From Hormiphora californensis (lineage: Eukaryota; Animalia; Ctenophora): a stretch of DNA of 64,000 bases. Every line of letters begins with the position of its first letter. Position 1 is the stretch's first letter. Below the pieces are notes generated by a model. The model searched no databases and was not told where the DNA came from. It saw only the letters and a program-made list of their open reading frames with translations. The DNA is taken from the NCBI GenBank assembly GCA_020137815.1, contig CM035357.1, positions 7,812,001 through 7,876,000 of the forward strand, written 5' to 3'. The translations under genes were made by a program, and so were the position numbers. Below, piece after piece: positions 25,101-40,100 of this stretch.

Positions 25101-28100
25101 AGCGTAGACACCTAGAGATGGGGTGTGTTGGAAATATAGTTTGAGTGTTGGAAAATGGACATGATCTCTCTTTATCAGGGTACAAACAACAGGTAATTTA
25201 ACTGAAGGCTTGGAGACTTGACTAAAATGTCCCTATCAATTACCTTGGTCCTGCTCCTGTATGTTTTTCAGAGTTAGCTGGGTCTGGGTTACACCAGTGT
25301 TATAGGTGTCTCTCATCTCTCTGAACACTCCATCCACCACACGGTACCACACAACTTCACCTGTCTATGGGTGGAATAGGAGCTATAACTTGTCTGATTT
25401 GGTTGGAAGGAAAACAACCAAATTGTTTACTCCCCTTGCCAGCACTGAGTGAACAACTTGTCTGATTTGGCACCCTTTCCAGCCCTACAAGACCCTGCCT
25501 GAACACATTATATCATAGTTCTCCTTACCTCAGCAGGGATAGCAAGTTTGGCAGTCTGCCCGGTGAAAGTGTTGACTGCTATGTAGGACTCCTTTCTAGG
25601 TAGGGGCACCCCAACCACAGTATAACGTCCATAGTAACCACCCTCCCGGGAAGATAAACTATATACACCTGTAAATAAGGGTCATTATCATGCAATGGGG
25701 TGGGAGTTGGGAGTTGAGGGGAACCGATTGGATAGCAATATATCAATTCGTTCAACCTAGCTGCAGAATAATCATGATATGAATCAGTAGTACACGTACC
25801 CTCATTGACAGTTGACAGTTCCTCGATGACATAACTCTGTCCCACTGGGCCAGCTCTGAGCACCCCATCCCTAACCAGATACCACTGCCCAGCAATGGGC
25901 ACCGTCTCAGGTTGTTTCAACTCTACCCTCGCACCATACAGTGCGTACACCACCCTCTCCTCAGAAACATGAGGACAGAGCCTCAAGTTATAGACAGTGT
26001 GGGAGTTTGTAGCATCAAAGGTAGCCCTGTAATACCCCACGTGAGATGCTGAAAAGGCTCTAATAATCAGGGTCTGGGAATCTGGGAGGAGATAATCAGG
26101 GGATTCTCCTATCAGACTAGTTCCTGTCTGTCCAAGGTAGGTCCAGGTTACCGGCGTATCTGTTACAAGCGCAAACTTAGATCCCTCCTCGATAAGGTAG
26201 GTCGTGTACTTGACTGAAAAGGGAAGAGTATATTGTGGGGCGGTGGGAAAGTGTACCTATAATATTATGTTCCACGGAAATGTTGAATTGCGAAGCACGG
26301 TCACAGTGCCAGGCGACTCAACAGAAATGAGGTATTATTGTTGCTGAAGTTGCTAAACACATTCAAAATTTCTAAGCGGCCTTCTTACCCGGTTCATCAA
26401 TGACCTCCAGAATCCAAGACACCCACCGACGTGTCTCATCCCTGACAACATATTGTCCAGTGTGCCACTTCTCAGCCCTCTCAATCACCATCCCATCACT
26501 GTAGAATGAGAAGGAGGAGGAGGTGGAGTCAATAGAGCGAAGCATACCACTATCCAGCTGAAACCTGCAGAGAAATGAGGTGAGAAGATTATATATCTAA
26601 TGAGAATTCAGACATTTATCAAGAGAATGTCCGTGTCTAGGGATATGACTGCTAAACTGTAGGTAAAACTTGTTGGGGAAGGGGAGTTAGGGGTATCATA
26701 CTAACCAGTTGACACTGCCATATAACTGGGAGGGAGAGGTAAGTGTGACAGTAGAGCCCACTAGAACAGTTACTCGCACCACCTCCATACCATCAGGAAT
26801 ACCTCGAACATTATACTTGTATCCGTACCCAATATTATCAACAGCTAGATATGAACCTGTGGAAGTGGGGGTTATTAGGACTATTTGATTGTGATGGAGG
26901 GGGAATGGTGCGATCAGATAGTTCAGAGATTGGACAAATTGAGATGGGGAGAGAGACACTTACCTTCAAGGCTAATTTCTAGTGAGCGAATTGTAAGAAT
27001 TCCATTAGTGACGTCATAGTTCGGATCATCTGCCCTCACCAATCCAGTCAACTGGTCCTGCAACACAAAATGTGTAATTAAGTGGCCTGCTAAATGGGGT
27101 ACCCTGGCAAACTATGTACACGTAGAAATATGAGTTACCTGTAGCCGTTTTGTCCATTGTACAGTTGAAGCTGCGTTACCAGGTTGTAGAGTTACAGTTG
27201 TCCCTCTAATAGCCCACACATCCTCCTCCTGTACCACGCCCACCAAACTCTCAATCTTAACATACTTCTCACCACTTCTACCATCTGTGTACTTGTAGAA
27301 TCCTTGAGGAGCATGGAATATTTTATGAAGGAGTAGTTAAGGCAAATATAGTAATTTATGAAGGAGTCGTTCGAGATCGAAAGAGCAGATTAGGAAAGCG
27401 TGTTTTCCTACCTTTCAGTTCATCCCTAAAGTTGACGATAACAAACAATTTTCCATTTTCCAGGATTCTGAAGTCCTTGTTATTTGCCGAAATGGGAGTA
27501 AGGGGTGATGCTCTAAACCATGAGACCTCTCCTCCACCAGGTACAGTAATTACATAATTAGATGCTAATTGGATGTAATGGATCTCGTATGAGGCAGGTT
27601 CCTCTCGTACGTTAACTTTCCATGTGAACCAGGTCTGACCATTGGAACCTGAGGAGAAGGGAGATGTGTCAGGTGTGTGTGGAGACTAGTTTGCATTGGA
27701 AAAGAGATGATTTGCAAAATTCCCGCTACAAATACCCTAACAACTAAAAACTATGTAAAACGTGTGACTCACCGTAGTAGACTGCTTCATGGTTGTACCC
27801 AATGTTGGGTATAACAAGCTGCTGAGAATTGTAGGAAACATCCGCCGGGGGAGGGTATAGAATCCCTTCCCTGGCTACATACCAAACCAGCTGGTAGGTG
27901 CCAACACTGTTGGGAGAGATAGGGAGAGTCGAGAGATAGAGGGGGGGGGGGTACTGTGGATAGTGGACAAATCATGTGACAAGAGGACTAACACAACTTC
28001 ATGACATCATCTTACCTTGGTGAGAGAGGTACGTCACTACCAAGGAGGGCTGTTATGGTAACGGAATTAGAACCAGCAGGAATTTCCACCACAGTAACCC

Positions 28101-31100
28101 TGTAAATTGTAACTGACCCAGAACCGTCAACAGTGTAGTAGTCGCCTAAGAAGGGTGGGGAGTTTTATGACTCACTTCTCATTTATTCTAAAATGTGTAA
28201 TAATAATTAATTGCGGCTAATCTAATTGTTGATCTGGTAAGCAGGAAGAACGTGGCTGTTCGAGGCCTCATGGCTCATGGTACAAACGGCCACGTTCTTC
28301 CTACTACTTCCTATACCACCTAACTCACCCTGCAAAGTCCGGTCAATGCGAGTTAGAGTAAGAGCATCATTGGTAACCCGGTACATCTGGTCAGATGTAA
28401 TGGGCCGAGCGTAGTGGCTTCCACCGGTATTAGTGTACCAGGTGGGTTCTCCCCTCAATACAACTTCACTTCCACTGATAGCCATCACTGGTACTTCCCG
28501 GACTGAGGCGTGGGTGTGTGACATTAGGTAGATTGTAAAGCAGTAAACTTGGAAATATGTAGGAGGGGCTAGTTACCAGAAGTAGCAGGTAGAAGATTAT
28601 AAAACTGATCCACAGCCCCGCCCCCTCTCTCAACCACTGCTTTGTAGTACCCCTTAGTGTCCTGGGTAAACTTCCCTATCACAAGACTGGATTGGTAGAC
28701 TGTATAGACGCTGTTAGAGGTTAACTGATCTCTGTCTGACTCCTCCATATAGTACCACCGGATACTGGTGGAGCCCGCAATGTCAATACCAAAGGAAATA
28801 CCTGAAAAACACAGATCATGATGCTCCTTATGTGATACCATGGCACGGTTGTTCAATAAAATGTTTGATAAAGGAGCACAACTGACCAATAGGAATGTAG
28901 ATAGTGGTAACTCCGTCTGTTGGAATGCGGTTAACTGTCACTTGGTATCCTACCCACCCAGAACTTGTCCTTCCAGTGTATAGACCTGGAATAAAGTAGG
29001 TAAGTACCAATGACCAATCTTTCAGAACGATTTCAACTATCCTGATTTATGGTGATGCGACCCGAAAATCTCCAGACCTGAGTTTGCAACTCGTACCTTG
29101 ATCACTGAGTAGTACAGCAGGGAAAACAAGTCCATTTGCAGAGGTTCCCTGTTTGAGGTCTAGCTGAAGAGATGTGGGATTCTCAACAAACCACTCTTCT
29201 ACCCTACCATCTCCAAACTGCACATAGGTACCTGTGTGGATCAGTTGGTTTTATGAAGGAGCAATATCACTTCTCATTGCCTAGCAACGTGTCAAAATTG
29301 GGTGGAAATGTGATTGAAACTTGGTGAAAATGATGTTTTTCATTGTACAGAGTAAGGGATAGGGGGTCAGTGATCATTTTATTCTTAAAAAAACTATTCA
29401 GACGTTCTTCCTTTTATTTCAATTTTCATTCAATCTCACACACACACACACACACACTCATTATTTTGTAGACTAGCTACAATTCCGTCCCATATCTTCC
29501 CATACCTCTCCTTTATTAAATGCACACGTCACACACACTGAATCACACAATTATTGTCTTTGTTTGGTTATTAATATCACACACTTCACTCGAATCACAC
29601 GTCTAGGAGGTACTAGTACCGACCAGAACTAATGGTAATCAGAGACAGTTATATCCGAATGACGAATTCCTGGAAGTCCTACACACCATACCACCATCCA
29701 TCTACCATCTCACATGTCCCTCTACCATTTCACATGTCCCTCTACCATTTCACATGTCCCTCTACCATCTCACATGTCCCTCTACCATCTCACATGTCCC
29801 TCTACCATCTCACATGTCCCTTTACCATCTCACATGTCCCTCTACCATCTCACATGTCCCTTTACCATCTCACATGTCCCTCTACCATCTCACATGTCCC
29901 TTTACCATCTCACATGTCCCTCTACCATCTCACATGTCCCTCTACCATCTCACATGTCCCTCTACCATCTCACATGTCCCTCTACCATCTCACATGTCCC
30001 TTTACCATCTCACATGTCCCTCTACCATCTCACATGTCCCTCTACCATCTCACATGTCCCTCTACCATCTCACATGTCCCTCTACCATCTCACATGTCCC
30101 TTTACCATCTCACATGTCCCTCTACCATCTCACATGTCCCTCTACCATCTCACATGTCCTAATTTCCTTGTTTGATTTCCATGTCTGACCAGCACAACCA
30201 ATTAATTTGCAGCTCTCACACATTTGAAGATCTCACCGCAGCACACGTCGCTTCTTTCTTTTTCTCGCGTTCCACACATGATACAAATCAAACATATCAC
30301 CTTCAAGAGCGTTAATGTTCTCAACCCGCTCCAGGTACACTACTCTAACATCTGTAATGTGGATCCTGCCATAGCTGCTGACTGCGTAGTATCGACCTGA
30401 GATAAACAACAATTATAGAGGAATAGAGGATAGAGCTTTATTGAAACTCAATCAGAGGTGGGACTGTCCCACTGGGACACTCCCTTAACAAATCATAGTC
30501 ATAACTTTTAATTGTTAGTTACCCTGTGAGTAGTTATCGACACTAGGAACAGTATAGGATGTTGCCCTCTGTCCGGGAAGGAGGGTGTAAAGACCATCCT
30601 GTCCCAAATGATACCATCGCTCTACTGAGTCCAGTCTGCTCTGGATTTTGAGTTGTCGGCCACTGATTACAAACACTGTATCCATGACAACTGAAGTAGT
30701 GGGATAATTAGGGGGGTTTAGGAGGAGAAGTACGGGGTTTCAGGGGGAATTTAAGAGGGGAAATTTAGGAGGGGAACTAGTGGAGGAATTTAGGAGAGGT
30801 AGTGAGGTACGGTTACTGGTTAGAATTTGACGGTACTGTATGATCTGTATAATTACTGTACGTACCATCAGTGGTGAGTCGAAGATCGAAAAATACAGTT
30901 TCACCGCCTGTAACGGCCTTGTAGATGGCTTCCTTTTGAGCGGAGAACTCTCGAATAACTAAACGGTTAGCTCCTAGTTGATAATCAGCATTATTTGTTA
31001 GTTCAGTGTTGGGCACTCTCCACCAGGTCCTAACTACACCTCTCTTCACGTCCAGTGCCACGTCCACCCCTCCAGGGATATAGACCAGCAGGGAACTCTC

Positions 31101-34100
31101 TAAAAGAGGAGGGAAGAGGGTGAGAGAAAGGGAAACAGGAAGGGGGCTAGATAGGATAGGTTCATGTTTTGCCCTCTAATTCCCACTTCCTGGTGTTACC
31201 TGGTTTATCTGACACAGAGAGCTGCCAGGCAAACCACCTGTCACCGTTCTTTCCAAGGTAAAGGCCCTGGTGGGACATGCCAACTGATTCTATAACATAC
31301 TGCCCCGTCAAGCCCTGGAGGAGGGGAGTTGTGATTTTGGAGGATACAAAGAATAGTGCCCTGGAAGAGGTGGAGGGGGAGTATAGTTGTGATTTTGGAT
31401 TTTGGTGCGTGCCAGCTGCAAGTACAAGGAATTCACACATTCATACACAATCATACAATCAGGATCCTTGCCTTACCTTCAAGGTCTGTAGTATGCCTCT
31501 CTCTACCTTGTACCATGCTGATACAGCCCCGTTCCTCAACACCACCCTCTCTCCAACCAGGACCTGCAGAGGAGTTATTGGATTGGTTACGAAATAACCT
31601 TCACGCGCTGGCAAGGGAGGGGTAACTTGGTAACCAATTTATTGGAGTGGTCAAGTTTTATGTACAACCAGAACATTTAGTTGTTTTAACTATGGAATAT
31701 AATGCTTTTGATGGATATTAATTGGTTAACTAATTATAATCTCACCTGGATTGTCTCCACAACAGTTGGCATGACAACCCTCCGAATATTAAATGTCTCC
31801 GTACTTCCCGTGTTCGCGTTGACGTAGTGGTATGAACCTAGTAGTGAAGGATGAATCAGCAAACAAACAAAGACAACAATTTCGTATCAAAATATGCCAT
31901 CCATACCTTCATTTTCGTAGCTAAGTTTCCGTATGATTAATCCATTATTGACTACATCCACCCCGGATAATACGAGAGGTTGCGTTGCCCCACTTCCCCG
32001 ATAATACCACTGGTCTGCACTGTACCGGCTGGTGATTGTGATTCGGATCTCATCTCCCTCCAATGCAAGGATGTCAGTGGTTCTCATGACTAGAAAAAGA
32101 GGTGAATTGGTGACATAACCACAATCTTCTTCTTCTAAGTGTGCCGGGTTAGAGGAACCCCAGCGACTATCAAGACTTGTGCCAATGCGATGTGGTCAAG
32201 ACTTGTCAGTGCTCTAGTGAGGTAACATAATCACCATGACAACTAATAATATAACTCACCGCTTCCCAGACGAACATCAAAGAAGAGCTCCTTCTCCACT
32301 CTTCGTTCTACAAATATGGCCCGGTAGTAGCCCTCTAGATCTGCTGACATGCTCCTCAGAACCAACTTTTGACCTGCAGATAAACTGAGTTTTAGTCTCA
32401 CATATAATACATTGTAAACTGAAAGGCGGGAGCTATGATGGCCTATGATGCCTTTCCCGGGGGCCGCGTGAGAGAAAATAATGGTGCAATACGTCTTCTA
32501 CTTCAAGTATGCCCAAATATCAAATCATCTTACCAGACACGGTGTATCGATTGTTTGACACCAGTTCTCGCTGAGCATCCCCAGAGTTCTGACCAATAAA
32601 AAACCTGTAAGAAGACACTTGGTAACCATGGTAACCAGTTGGTAACAAAGAGCAGAGTAGTCCTATATCATGGTATAACGATAACATACCATTTTAGTTC
32701 ACTAATTTGCTGCCTGAAACTGATCCCAAAACTGTCCCCGGAGAGCACCCAGTACGTTCGGTAGATGTTAGGTTGAGGAAGTACTGTCAGGACAAATAGG
32801 AACCAGTCACCACGGGGACTCTGCCCAATGTAACTTCCTGGAGTTGTTGCAAAGCAGTAATAAAAGTTTGTAAAGCGGCCAATATATAATATATTGAAAT
32901 GAGTGGTTCTGCAGAATTCTGCAAGTTTCGGTTTGTGAGGATTGAAGACTAGATTCAGTAGTCAGTACCTCACAAACAGCAGCTACAAAAACACAGTTTA
33001 ATTACAAGTCCCATGACTGTACCTGAATCGCTCTCGGCAGCTCGAACTATCTCCAGCTCAGTTTCCCTGACTAGAAACTTGCTGTTTGGGGATACAGGCA
33101 CTAGTAGACCGGCAGTATCTCGATACCAGGTTACCCTCATGTGGGCAGGGAGGACAACGGTCGAACCAGAGATCACAGACACGTCACGTGTTATTGCTGT
33201 AATGAGATTTTATAAACTGAACAAACTTAGCCAATCTACTGATCTGCCAATTATACCGATACAAATAATATATGAAAGAGTTTTATCTCTTACTGAATTG
33301 TTTATGAAGGAGCGACTGGACGGTGTAAATTATCGTGTTTCCTTCCTTGTCTGTCATGTAGTATTTTCCTGAAAAAGGCACGATTTATTATAACAGCACA
33401 CCGGGTGGAGTCTCAACAACTCTCTAGATCCGCCACTCATCACCATGGTAACTATGGAGACTTGGCAGTTACCTTCGGTATCCTTGTTGATAGAAACAAT
33501 GATAAGACTCTTATCATGGACAACAAATCTAGAATCACCCTCAGATATCACTGATGTCATTCCTGAAATATGTGATTGGAAGGGGGACAAAAAAGGACAA
33601 AATAGAGTTGCATTGACTTCGCTACTACTCAAAACTATGACTTTTCTACCCAGAATCTCAAAACGATTCGTGAATCAGAGTGTATATACCCTCAAGGTTG
33701 GTATGTAAGATGGATGTAGCGTACATTCCGCTGACTAATGATACCATGGAACCCTCCATCGCCAGAACCACCTCCTCTCTCACTGAAACGACCGCGGGTG
33801 TCAAGTTGAATTTAACTTTTATAGTACTCGTTCAAACTGAGCGAGTATGAAGAGTGAAGAAGTGTAGGGAGGGGCGAACTAGGGGGCTTACATGTTGTTT
33901 CTAGAGGTGCGATGGTAATCTGTATCACATCAAAGGATCTACCACTGTCAATCACAGCCGTGTAACTACCTGAAACATAAACAGGTCCATTTAATAATAG
34001 TTTGGCAAATATGGTGAGTATAACAAAACGTGTGATTTCATTATTGTGACAATGCGTGAGATGTAACGCATGAGATATAACGCGTTATTTTCCCTTACGG

Positions 34101-37100
34101 TACATGTCGTTAGTCAGTCTGTTCACTTCCATTCCGGATTGGGTGAACGTGATCCCGTTGTAAGATTGTACTTTTTCACTTGCACCCTGAAGATATTTCA
34201 AGTATAGAAGTGACATAAAAATGATACTGTAATGAACTCGAACTCGCAGAAGAGATACCCTATAATAAAAGGAAGAACAATCATACCATATGCCAGAAGA
34301 GAGTGCCAGAAGATTTGTGAATGGTGATCCTTAACCACGATCCAAGAGGAACATAGTACGTTCTGGATCTGATCACTGCATGGGTTGAGAAGGCGTGAAT
34401 CAGTGACAAAATATTATAAAAATAAAGAATTCAGATGTTAATCTCGGCTATTTTGTATTTCGGTAACACCTACTAGAATCTGAGATGACAGTGAGATCAA
34501 AGAGCACAACCAGGGAGCCGCTTTCTACATAATACTGTCCCGAGAGATCACCAGAGAGCTGAGAGATAATGAGACCATCTGCTGTCACCCTGAAACCTGT
34601 AGGAAAAAACGGAAGAATCAATATTAGATAGAGACTTTGGCAAGATTCAAGATTCCCCTATCCTGGTTCTAACTTATATATTGCACCTCTCTTTCTTTAC
34701 TAGCTGTATAAAAGCTCTCCCTCTCCTGTTTACCTTGTTGACCTGTGCTCTCTATCTCAACAGCAGCACCATCCATAATCCCCCACCATTTAGCATCCGA
34801 ACCAGCCATGGGTAGTAACACCTGCTGGCCGGCAAAACCTACAGATTTAACAACTTTTAGACATTATTGTACTTGTGTTATGTGCACCTACAAGATAGAT
34901 TGGGAAACATAACGAGCTAAACTGAGCCTATAATTACCATACACACGACGTGTTTCTCCAGCCTTGGAAATACCATGGACCCTCCACACATGAAGACCAT
35001 TGGGTAGCAGTGCAACATAAAGACCTGGAAAAGGGGAAATTAATTGGAGATGGCTAAATAATACAGAGAGTTTTTTTGGATACAAATTACTAATTGTAGC
35101 TCATACCAAGATGCCGTTCCTCAAAGCGTTTGATGGTTAGTGATGTAGCAGAGATTGAGTACTCAGAATTGGATTGAACCAGTTTCATCCTATCTCGAGT
35201 GTTGATGAAGTACCAGACACTAGCCCGTTCATCATTCATCCGCAAAGTTACTCTGTTACCAAACATATGCCATGTTGTCTTGGAAACCCGGTGAGCTGAG
35301 ATGTAGTGAGGGAGGTGTGAGGAGGAGTGAGAGGAGTGCTTATCTAGTTCCTCTTTCCTTTGTTCTCTCCTTAGTAAAAGTAACGATCTCACTATTCAAC
35401 TCACCCATGACTGTTGGATTGACAACGTAAAAGACTTGTCCGTGGAACCCTCCCTTCACACTACACTCCACATAGATACTGTCCACATCTTGATAGGGAC
35501 CCTCCCGGATTGTCAGGGTATATCCACTGTCTGGGGGATGGGGGGATTAGATTGTCAGATTGAGTGAGGGAATCATTTTCAAATCAGAAGATGAAAGGGG
35601 AGTGGAGCTTGAATAAAAAGGCTAAAAGGAAGGGACACGTTAGTAAATTGTGTTTCAACTCCCTTTAGACGGGAGGAAAGACATTCCTTACCAGTTATTT
35701 TGGCGTACTGATCGTCTCTAATCTCGGAGAGAACACCAGCTCGTGAGTAAAACCAGGACACTTCTCTACAGGTAACGGACCGAGGAAGGGAAAATACCTG
35801 AAATGTGCAACACGTAATGTATTCTCAATAATGAAAAGTTGAATTTAAAATGAACTCTCTATCAACACTGTATATCATATGATTAGTGAAAGGCCTGCTC
35901 ACCAGGGTTGAAGAGTAAGCAGTGATTTGTGATTCTCCTCCTCCATGAATCTGTCTTCCAGACAACTCCCATAGGCAAGGTTTGTTATTGTTCTTATCTG
36001 AGGAAGGGGAATATAACGCTTTTCTACAGTTTTAAGTTCTTCAAAACGTGTGAGTAGATGTATTCCACCGCTATAAAGTGTCTTGGTACCTACCGTAAAC
36101 TAGATAGAGACCCTCGAGGCTGCGGTTTAACCTCCGTACAACCAGGTCTGTTCGAGAGACGGAGTAGTCATTATTGGGAGAGATGGGCCGGAGATCATCC
36201 TCGTATACTCTGAACCAGACATTGTCAGCATTTGCACCTGAAGTGTGTTTTAATGTGTTTTAGTAGGCAAATAAATGGGAAATGATAGAGAATTCTGAAT
36301 TAAGAAGTTCATTCACTTTCAGTGAATAATTAACTGGAAACTAATTGATAACTTACTCTGGTTAGGGTTGTATAGTTTAACATCCCACCCAATAACACCC
36401 GTTATCTTGTAGGAGGTTGTCATGTCAACAGTCAGTAGTTGGTGATTTAGGGAGGAGGTGGAACCATTGGCGTACACTACCACAGATACATACGTTCCTG
36501 AAACATTCAATGTTAGATATATTTGGAGTTCCGTGAGCGTTATTTGTGAATCATACCCGAATCATACTGTATGAAGTACATAACTGGCTCGGTAACGTAG
36601 ACTGAGGTGCCCGAAAGGTTAGGCTGGTAGATCAGGGTGCCATCAACTAGACGATACCAGAGAATCTGGGAGTAGGATCCTGACACATCCACTGATATCC
36701 TGAGGAGAGGGTTGTTGTTTACTTGAAGGTGATTAGAAACATTTTAGAAACATTTGAATTGTCAACACTAATTACCTATTTCGTTGTCCAGTACGATAGA
36801 AGACAAGCCTGTCCCTTGTTCCAGCACCCATCCTCGTTACCCTGAGATCCACAGTAACGACTATCTGATCAGGTCCAATGCCATAGTACAATCCTTCATT
36901 GTCAAGTGTAATATCTTGTAGTGTGAATCCAGTTTCATCTCCATCTACACTTGCAATTCTACCTATCAGATAGTGTAGTGACTAGGAAGTGGTGACAAAC
37001 GAAGATCTGTAACCATGGCAACATACATCAGGCTTCAAACAAACCTTGAACAAGGGAGTACCAGATCATTCCTGGACGTGGTGGATTCAGGTCCACCCTC

Positions 37101-40100
37101 ACAGTATAGGTCTCTGGAACATAGACAACCCGGTCAATGTTCGTCGTACTACCACTTCTTCTCACCTGTAAAGTTGAAATAATTTGTGTTACAGTGCTCC
37201 TGTATCAAGATGTTTATATTATAGCGCTCCTTTATAAATAAAACCATCATCACAAACTCACAGTGAGATGGATATAGTAGCTGTCCTGTCCGACTGTAGC
37301 CACATAAGTCCCTCCATCAGCAACATTGAGACTCCCAGGTATCACTAGATACCCATTCTCCGCCCTCCACCCCTCAGCAGTTCTTCCATCATCCCTTCTC
37401 CATACTCCCTCCACTCCAACACTCCGGAACTGCTCAGGCAATCTAACCGCCGCTCCATATCCCTCAACCCCGACAAGATAAAACTCGAATCTGCGTGTTG
37501 GGGTGGAGGTATCCACCACCACCAACCACACAACCTCGTGCAGGATGGACCCTGTGCTGGATAGGAACTGGGCTTTATAATACCCAGCATAGTCACGGGA
37601 TGGGGAGGTAATGTAGACAGTGTTTCCACGGATATCAATAGTCCCCTGGATGTTTGTCATACCTTCCCAGTTACCACCTGATCATGTAAGGGTTTAGCAA
37701 TGAAGAAACGAGCAGTGGAGGCTAGTAAGCATACATAACATCATATGATATTATTCAATCACGTACCTATACGGCGGAACCAGCGGATACTATGGAAGTT
37801 AGAGTTCCACAATCCCCGGAAGGTCAGGGTAGATCCAGGTCGGAAGGATACCTTCTCATCATATCGATCATCTGAACAGTAAAACAGTGAGTTATGAGGA
37901 TACCTAATGTGTAATAGAATGATTGAGTTGCTGACATCCTACCTCGGGTCACCCTGACATCGTACACAAAACTGGAGTCAACATCCCCAAATCCATAGTC
38001 AATCTGGGCCTGGTAAAGACCGGAACTCTCGTATGCTAAGTTGAGGAGTTCAAGGGACCTTCCACCCGCGGACAAAACCCTCTAAAAGAGAAGTTGCACT
38101 GTCAAATTGTCAGCTGCCATGGGCATGAACCCCGTGTGTAGTCACAGAGGGATATATGTTACCTTGTTGGTAGCGGGCATGATAAGCTCAGGTACGGTGC
38201 TCCCGGGTGGGTAGTAGAAACCAGCTAATGATCCTATAATCCTTACATTTGTAGCGGTTAGAGTCGTGCTGCTACCAGGCTGAGATTCAATAACAAACTC
38301 AGGAACCTGTAATGGGGTGGAAGTTAGTACTTCCACAGTAGCTCTTTGCTTTGTTCAGACTGTCTTGATCTTGTGTGGTGATGTATGAATAACTCTTGGC
38401 TTGTCTTATCCTCTACTAACCGGTGGCCAGGAATTCCTCGCCAAAGCAAATTGATATCTTTCACGGTGACCGTTTGAGCATACAACGTCAGCTAGATAAA
38501 CAGTGAAATTGTCCTCTGTGGTGGTTCGGAATTGCAAGATCTGACCTCCAGATAGGATCTTCTGTTGCATTGTTGATTGGAGCAGCGTCATACTGGGAAG
38601 TGATAAAAAGTGAGGGATGTGGGAGCTTTGAAAAATGAAAGTTATGGAAAGCATTAAATTCGAAATGTATTGTTTCCTTACCCATTAGAGTCAACTTTGA
38701 ACCACTGAGCAGTGTGGACGGGCATTGAGAGATGAAGAACTGAACTCTGACTTTGCCTTCCGTATACTCGACATGTTTGGGCCGTAAAGGGACTCACGTA
38801 CAGCCGAAAATGCTCCCTGTGGAAGTGAGGTTTTATTTTTTCTTTCGTGGAAGTTTCAGTGAAGTTACTTCACCTACTATACTGTTACCATGGTAACAAA
38901 CTCACAGTCCCCAGGTCCCCTCTCATACCTCACTTTAGGATTGTAAGCATCATACACGGTATATGAGGCCTCGTCTTGCACCATCAGATTCTTGATCTGC
39001 ATTACTTTCCCATAGATATTCAGTCTACTGTGCTCGGGGGCAATTGAAGTCGTGTTATCTCGCAGCCACTTGTAGGCAGAGGATTCAAACGAAGGGGACA
39101 TAATGGCGTCTCCTCCCGCAATGCTATACACTCCAGTGCTCTTGTCTGCACTTCGTCGGCTGGCAACCACGTAGAACCAGCGTGACCACAGCTGACCATC
39201 GGAGGACATTTCAGCCCGGTAGTAACCCTCATCCTCATTCGTAAAACTAGGGAGGTTATAATTTATATTCCTGGATTATGCTCTAATATTATCTTCTATT
39301 CTTGCTCTAATCTTGCTCAGTATAATAACAGACAGCGCTTATAATAGGCAAGAGATGCCCATTATATGTAACCCATTATGTGATTTATGACATGTGCGAC
39401 GGATATAATTATAGGCACTGGTCTCTTAGATCGGAGTTAAAGGTTATCGCTGCTGTCTTAGAGCTATTATCACGTCCTGAACAGTCTTATAGGTTGCCAG
39501 GGAGTGAAAACTTAACTTTTTTATCTGAGCTAACAAAGAGGGAGGCTTCAGCATTACCAACATATAATATAGACTAGCGCACCCATTGGGTGCGCCTCAA
39601 GTAAGGGCTTTTTGATAACCCACCCGGCTTCGCTGGGTGGTTCTTTTTGCCCCTTTCAACATCTATAAAACGGTTGCCATGGCAACTGAATTGGTAACTA
39701 TGGGGACTGGCATGTTAAAAGTCATTCGAAAATATTAACAAACTTCCACTGGAAGTTCCAAAGTGTGAATGACAGCTTATACAGCTTTGGTCATATGAAG
39801 TGTTTTATGAAGGAGCACTGTCGCGTAGAAACGCACTGAACGAACGACCACCACTTCGACGTTCATCTCCGAAATTATAATAGAGATTAAGCGTTAGTTT
39901 TCTAACCTGTGGATGAGGAGATGTGCACTGTTAGCTTTTAAAACCAGTCTTCCTTCATCCTCTCCATCGGGCAACAGGGCTACCTAGCGGGAATCGGAAT
40001 TATGGGTGGAAAAAGTTGTAAGGGTAAAAAAGTTGTGATAATCAATATAATTATTTTACCTCTTGACCCGGAGTTGATGAAGGGGAAAAGAACCAGCGAG

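Noticed and set aside
29632-30188. Three long repetitive ORFs; CRISPR-like regularity
   Set aside because: Translation of a 20-bp minisatellite with no unique spacers, in eukaryotic intronic DNA.
39573-39645. Hairpins next to CTAG resembling another Helitron 3' end
   Set aside because: No matching 5' end or second copy identified in the window.
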